64,000 nt of DNA from Heteronotia binoei (lineage: Eukaryota). A program made the translations under genes and the position numbers. Location: assembly GCF_032191835.1 (NCBI RefSeq), contig NC_083240.1:27652001-27716000 (forward strand), read 5' to 3'. This document shows positions 58,709 to 64,000 of the stretch, one piece after another. Every line of letters starts with the position of its first letter. Within the stretch, counting starts at the first letter, position 1. The notes beneath the pieces are model-generated. The model worked only from the letters and a program-made list of their open reading frames with translations. It was not told where the DNA came from and ran no database searches.

Positions 58709-61531
58709 CCCTAGAGGATGAGCGAAGGGAATGCATGGGTTGTATTGCCACTGCCTTCCAATGTGCAGCAACCCTGGTCTTCCTTGGTGGTCTCCCAGAC
58801 AACTACTAACTGTGGCCAGCCCTGCTAAGTGCAAATAGTAGGGTTTTTGTTTGTTTCTTTCCAAACCTGAGTGTTTTTTTCTTAACCACTTCATCACCTA
58901 TCCTTCATAGCAACAAATTAAACAGAGTGAGATGCCTATTTTTTTCCTCTTGCTGGAAAACCAAACTCAGATTGTAGTTGCATCAAACTCAGAAAAAGTT
59001 GACTTCCCTTTTAAATGAACCATCTCAATTTTCATTTCATCTTTTCATGCCGATTGGCTTCCTTTATGGCTCTTCCTTTCTTTTTCTGTCTCTTCCTCTC
59101 TTACCCTCTTTTTCTTTCTCTCTCTCTCTCTCTCATGTGCACACTTTACAATTTCTCCCTTTTTCAGTGGGGCCGCCCCCCCTGTAGCCTGTCCCCAACA
59201 CAAACAGAATCCTAAATCTTGACATTTTCTGCCTTCATCTGCTGCTTCTCTTGCATGCTCTCTGGGACTTTTTTTTTTCCTTTTAAAATTTTAAGTGTTA
59301 CATAGAAACATTTTTTTTACTTCTTTTGTTTTATTTTCCAAGGGCTGCTGCTATTTAGGCAACTGTTTTTTTTAAAAAAAATTTTACAATGATTTGCCTC
59401 AAATGACCAAGGCAAAACTGAATGGAAAGAAAAAAAATCAACAAAGTTTTATTAGCAAAGAAGTCTGAAGCACATTACTAAAGAGTCATTGTCTTTTTCC
59501 CATTCTGCCCTCCAAATGTTTTCTTTTTTTATTATTGCATTCCTGACCAATTCAAAGGTAGGTATTTGTCTCCCTCCGCACGTTCACTTCCGCAGATCAG
59601 CCTGTTGAAAAGCACAGTAGTTTGATTAAATGTTATTTTTTCTATCTTTCTACTTCTCTCCCTTTCTCTCTCTCTAGCTCTTTCTCTCTTTCTCCTTCTA
59701 TTCGCTTGTCTCTTTTTGGTGGCTCTGTACAATTTTTATGGTAATTTTTTTTTTTACAATTAGCTACAAAGTCATGCTTTTCTTTCTTTTCTTTTTCCCC
59801 ATGTAAATTGATTTTTTTCCTTTCCAATTTTTTTTCCTTGTTCTGTTGTTAGAATGCATTTCTGTGTGTTTTTAGCTCTTCGATTTTTCATGTTATGTTT
59901 CCATAAATGGTACAATTATGTCCCGCTGATTTGATTTCCTCTGTGTGGTTTTTATTATGATTATTATTATTTTAACATAGCCAGATGACATAACAGGCCA
60001 ACTTAATTAGCATTGTCATAGAATAATTTAATGAAGGGATAATTTGTTGGGTTTTTATATTTAAAAAATCTCCCTCATTGGTTTGGTGGCTGCAAAATTT
60101 GCAGGGGACATGAAAAAAATGTTCCAGTTTGAGCTGTAATTGAATTTATTAATGGTAAACAAAATCCAACGTGTGTTGGGGACTCCATTGTTTAGGCCAA
60201 GCCTCCAAAGAATTTCAAGGGAAGTTAAAAAGAGGTTTGCAGGGGCATCCTATGCATGCTTACTCAGAAGCAAGTCCCACCTCATTCAATGGAGTTTACT
60301 CCCAAGTAAACATATACAGGCTTGCAACTTCCACTAGATTCACAGATCAAATTACTAATTTGTTGCACCTCTAATAAGATAATTGCAGTTAATGTGGGGA
60401 ATGTTATTCAGGCAAACTTCTGGAGAAATTTTAAGGAACATGAAAAGACGATCAAGCAGGTTTTCCAACTTGTGTGTCATAAGCAGTATTTCCTCTAAGC
60501 TGAGGTAGTGTGAGCTAGCTCACAGTTTTTTAGCTAGCTCACACATTTGTGTCTTAGCTTAGAAAAAATGGTGCCAAAGCAAACTAACATGCAGTAGCCA
60601 AACTGCTCACTCACAATTTTAATGCCAGTAGCTTACGAAGTAGAATTTTTGCTCACAAGACTCCACAGCTAAGAGGAAGTATTGGCCATAAAGAAGTGCT
60701 ATGAAAAAACAAACACATCAAAGTTGCCCATCTGCCCAAAGCTCTCATCAGCCTTCTGGGGGGTGGGGAGGCACCCCCCCCCCATGTTGTCAGTGTGCAA
60801 ATATAATCTCTGGGACTAACCACACATGCTTGGTGCTCTATTCAATATCTGGAATGAAAAAACACCAAACAACAAAAAAAACTCCTTGTTTCTTGTCAGA
60901 AACCAGGCCAGGTTAATTCAGAACTGCATTATTTCAGGGGGGGGGGGGGTTCAGATGAGGAGAATTGCCTCATCATCACCCACTCAAAAAAAAAAAACAA
61001 TGGAGGCTGGCATTGATTTTGTTCTTCACCAATAACGTCCTCCAATATAAGTTCTCCACCAATAAAGTCCACTTGATCACACTGTCTCCCAGTTGGAGCC
61101 ATCTGACTCCCAGCATAGTCCCCAGTTTTAAAGGTTCTCCTCCTTCTCCTGAACTCTTGCTTAAATTGTCTCCTGTAGGCCACAATACAGAGAAAAGGGG
61201 GTCATAATCCCCTCCCTCCTTGACACTGTGAATAAAAATGCTGGATTGGGTCAGTTTCTTCCTTTGCTATCCTTCCCAGCCACTCATGACCTTTGTCACA
61301 GGTCAAGCTCAGGAGTGAGTTAGAGACTGCAACAGAAGAAGTTGACCATGAGCTTCAGAATAAGGTACATGCCTCCAAAGGTAGTCAGAGCACAGAGGGG
61401 AAAATCTTGATCTTACAGTTGAAGATGAGCAGAAGTCCTTGGATAACTGGTAAATTCTGGGGTCTAGAAGTTTTGCTTCCATTTAGAATCGAGGTGAAAT
61501 GTTCATATTCCTAAAGGAAGCAAAAATAGAT

Positions 61532-61660
61532 NNNNNNNNNNNNNNNNNNNNNNNNNNNNNNNNNNNNNNNNNNNNNNNNNNNNNNNNNNNNNNNNNNNNN
61601 NNNNNNNNNNNNNNNNNNNNNNNNNNNNNNNNNNNNNNNNNNNNNNNNNNNNNNNNNNNC
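61532..61660. other. Assembly gap (129 N)
   Basis: Run of N. Confidence 1.
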
Positions 61661-64000
61661 TCTAAACAACAGTGAATCTTTGATGAAGTCAGGAAGTCTA
61701 AACTTCTGAGCTTTCAGTTCCTTCTTCAGCGCACATTACCATGGGAGGAGGGAGCCGGCCTGTGACTCCATGAGCTCCTACAACATGATCACCACTTCAT
61801 ACCTCTTATCAGAGATGGAAGTCACTAATCAAAAAGGCCCCATTCACACACGGAGGAGATAGGGACCTTGAGCGTATCTGCCTATCCCCAGTGTGTCTGA
61901 GGTGATGTGGCAACATGAAAACGACATCTCCCATGATGCATTTCCCCATGATTCTCCTAGCATGGATGGGCTGTAATTGCTGCCCAACTACTTCACACTA
62001 TGTATTTTGTTAAGAAACTTTTATTTGTAAATGTATAAAAATACATGACCCTGCAATGCTGACATTGGTACCAAAGGACAAAATGATTAATGACCTCTCA
62101 AAATGACAGTTCAGGAAATGTAAAGATTGGAAAGTAACTTCTCACAAGGGGGTGGGGACAGGGAAGGACCCCCAGAGGGCTGCTGAGAAGTCAAGATTAA
62201 GCTTCATGGGGTAGCCCATTCCTTATGAATCTGTGAGGAACACTGTTGGTTATCAAACATCTGGCCCAATAGTCAGGTAGTGAATCCAGTTTTCCCCAGT
62301 TATAAACAGGAACAAGGAAGTGGTCAGCCCACCACTGTGTAGATTGCTTTGGCCTTTGACCAAGAGTATTAACAAAATCCATCAGTCAAGTTTTCTCCAG
62401 AGAAGCATCATTGGGGGTTGTGACAGTCTAGAAGAAGGTACAGTGCATGCTTTGCATGTGGAAGGCACCAAGTTCAAACCCCTTTGCATCCTGTGCCCCT
62501 TCTGGCATGAACTGGGCCCTTTCTTACCATGCCTCTCCACTAGCTAAGGGGGCCAGTTCCAAAAACCGTGATGATAATGCTACAAGGTAGTTTTGGTGGT
62601 GGAAATGTGAATAATGTAGACCAAGATACTGATTTCCTTTTGTTTTTTATTCATGCTGAAGCCTCCATAGGGTGTCTTGCTGGTAGGTATATGCATACTC
62701 TGGAAGGCTTGCTAACTCTCTTCAGATGTAGTCGGGAATGCTTTGGATGGGTAAATCGGGCCACTCACTATGCCTAGCCAGAACCCCCCTTGTGCTTTTG
62801 CCGATTGGTCACCAATTGTCCAGCTGCACTTGATCCTGCCTCTGATGAGCGTCAGTTGACCAAACTGGCTGGCCATAAAACAGAAGGCAGCAGACCAATC
62901 TGTTTTTGCAGCTGTTGGCACTGGAGGGCAATATTGAGATTAAGATTACCAACCTCCTAGTGAAGCCTGAAATTCTCCTGGAATTAGTACGGGCCTCCTG
63001 GCTTCATAGATCCTGGAGGAGACGGCAGCTTTGGAGGGTGGACTATAGGGCATCACATTCCCACAGAGCTCATTCCCCTCTGCAAATTCCACCTTCTGCA
63101 AGCATCACCCCCAGATCTCCAGGAATTTCCAAGACAGATTTGGGATTTAAGCAGTCCAGATTTTATTGTGCCGTTAATGGGGATTCAAATACATTTGTAC
63201 TTTGTTGGGTTTATGGGAGAGAAAGAAAAGCTGGGGCAGAGGCCACAGAAGGCAGTGATGCTCTTGTTTCTTGCCCAGGCTCCTAAAGCTATCCCAATCC
63301 ATCCCTAATACTCCAGTTCTGTATGTTCTAACTCTCTCTGCAAGGGTTGCACTGTTCTGATACGTGATCTGAGAAAACTGTATAATAGTGGGAGACCTGG
63401 TGGGAGAAGAATGACTTTTAAAAGTATGTTAGAGTGCGCACATGCACTAGTGTTGCTATTTTGGGAATCTTCATGCTTTCCCTCGTGCTTTTAAAAATTA
63501 AACCTCCAAATGGCAGGAGGAGGGGAGAGAAAGGCATCTTTTTGTACTAGTGCACAGACGTGTATTTAAAAGTGCATGCCTGAATGCTAAGGCTAATTGT
63601 AGTGTGCAGCCTGCCATTTGGCCACTATCAGTGAATTATGAGAGTAAACATTTTCTGAGCTTTTTTTTCCCCGAATAAAAAGAATTGATATAGCGGACAG
63701 CAATTCTTAACAGAGAGGGGGTCATGTAGTGATCCTTGGCATGAAAATAGGATGTACGAAAACAAAGGTATCCCAGTTTTCAGTTGTAAAACGCTAGAGG
63801 GTGTGCAATTCAGTATGCTAGTTTCGCTGATACCTAATGTTGGATGTTTTAAGTGAATATGAAGATATGGAAAAAGGAAATGAAGTCCCCGCCCAGGGTG
63901 GGGGCGGAATAAGCCAGTATCTCAAATAGGAGGCAGCAAATGATTAGAAGAGACCATACCAATGCTCTGTGTTTCCCACATGGTTATGTGTAGGGATGAG

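Larger units (their letters stand above)
333..64000 (+). other. SRRM3: SRRM3 gene locus, partial (upstream exon(s) and 3' exons outside window)
   Basis: Ten exons join in frame (1011 nt, 337 codons). The translation matches SRRM3 as I recall it (NGFPQPS..KKAHREILDHERKRRVELKCMELQEMMEEQGY..QKVGTFRQMLMEKEGVLTRED..PPPKKKKKKK.GHRRSR..LSPK). The SRRM2-type MYNGIG N-terminus is absent. Confidence 0.93.

Noticed and set aside
60976-61185. LGVRWLQLGDSVIKW as a Gypsy protease remnant
   Set aside because: A single short motif resemblance, with no upstream D(S/T)G motif or adjoining gag/RT recognisable.
61532-61660. The gap hiding the large RS-rich SRRM3 exon
   Set aside because: The stated gap is only 129 nt and the flanks show no exon-like sequence. 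The exon more likely lies beyond the window, though the gap size may be wrong.
303-63286. Most ORFs in the six-frame track (e.g. 6132-6845, 10720-11226, 17387-17953, 19749-20252, 25531-26022)
   Set aside because: They run through SINEs, MITEs or low-complexity DNA, or lie antisense to LINE ORFs, with no recognisable domain or splice support.

Overview
This is vertebrate genomic DNA from a squamate, most likely a gecko (inferred from the SINE content). The window covers most of one plus-strand gene, SRRM3, an SR-related regulator of neural microexons. Ten coding exons splice through canonical AG/GT sites into a 337-codon open frame: the N-terminus, a cwf21 domain split by a 28.3-kb intron, and a K/R/S-rich region. 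The 5' UTR exon and the C-terminal RS/eMIC exons are not in the window. The introns are densely packed with transposons: CR1, L1, L2 and RTE fragments, four SINE types (including a 5S-derived one), hAT and Harbinger-like MITEs (many with intact TSDs and nested insertions), and a probable solo LTR. There are two assembly gaps. The most interesting unexplained structure is in the intron after the tenth coding exon. TE-free pyrimidine blocks there define a candidate in-frame alternative last exon whose stop codon lies inside AATAAA, a candidate poison exon and candidate microexons. Together with UGC/UGCAUG motifs before SRRM3's own short exons, these could form a splicing/polyadenylation autoregulatory switch that removes the eMIC domain (inference, untested). 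Also notable are a ~190-bp inverted duplication just after the first coding exon and a duplicated snoRNA-like hairpin unit in two different introns.
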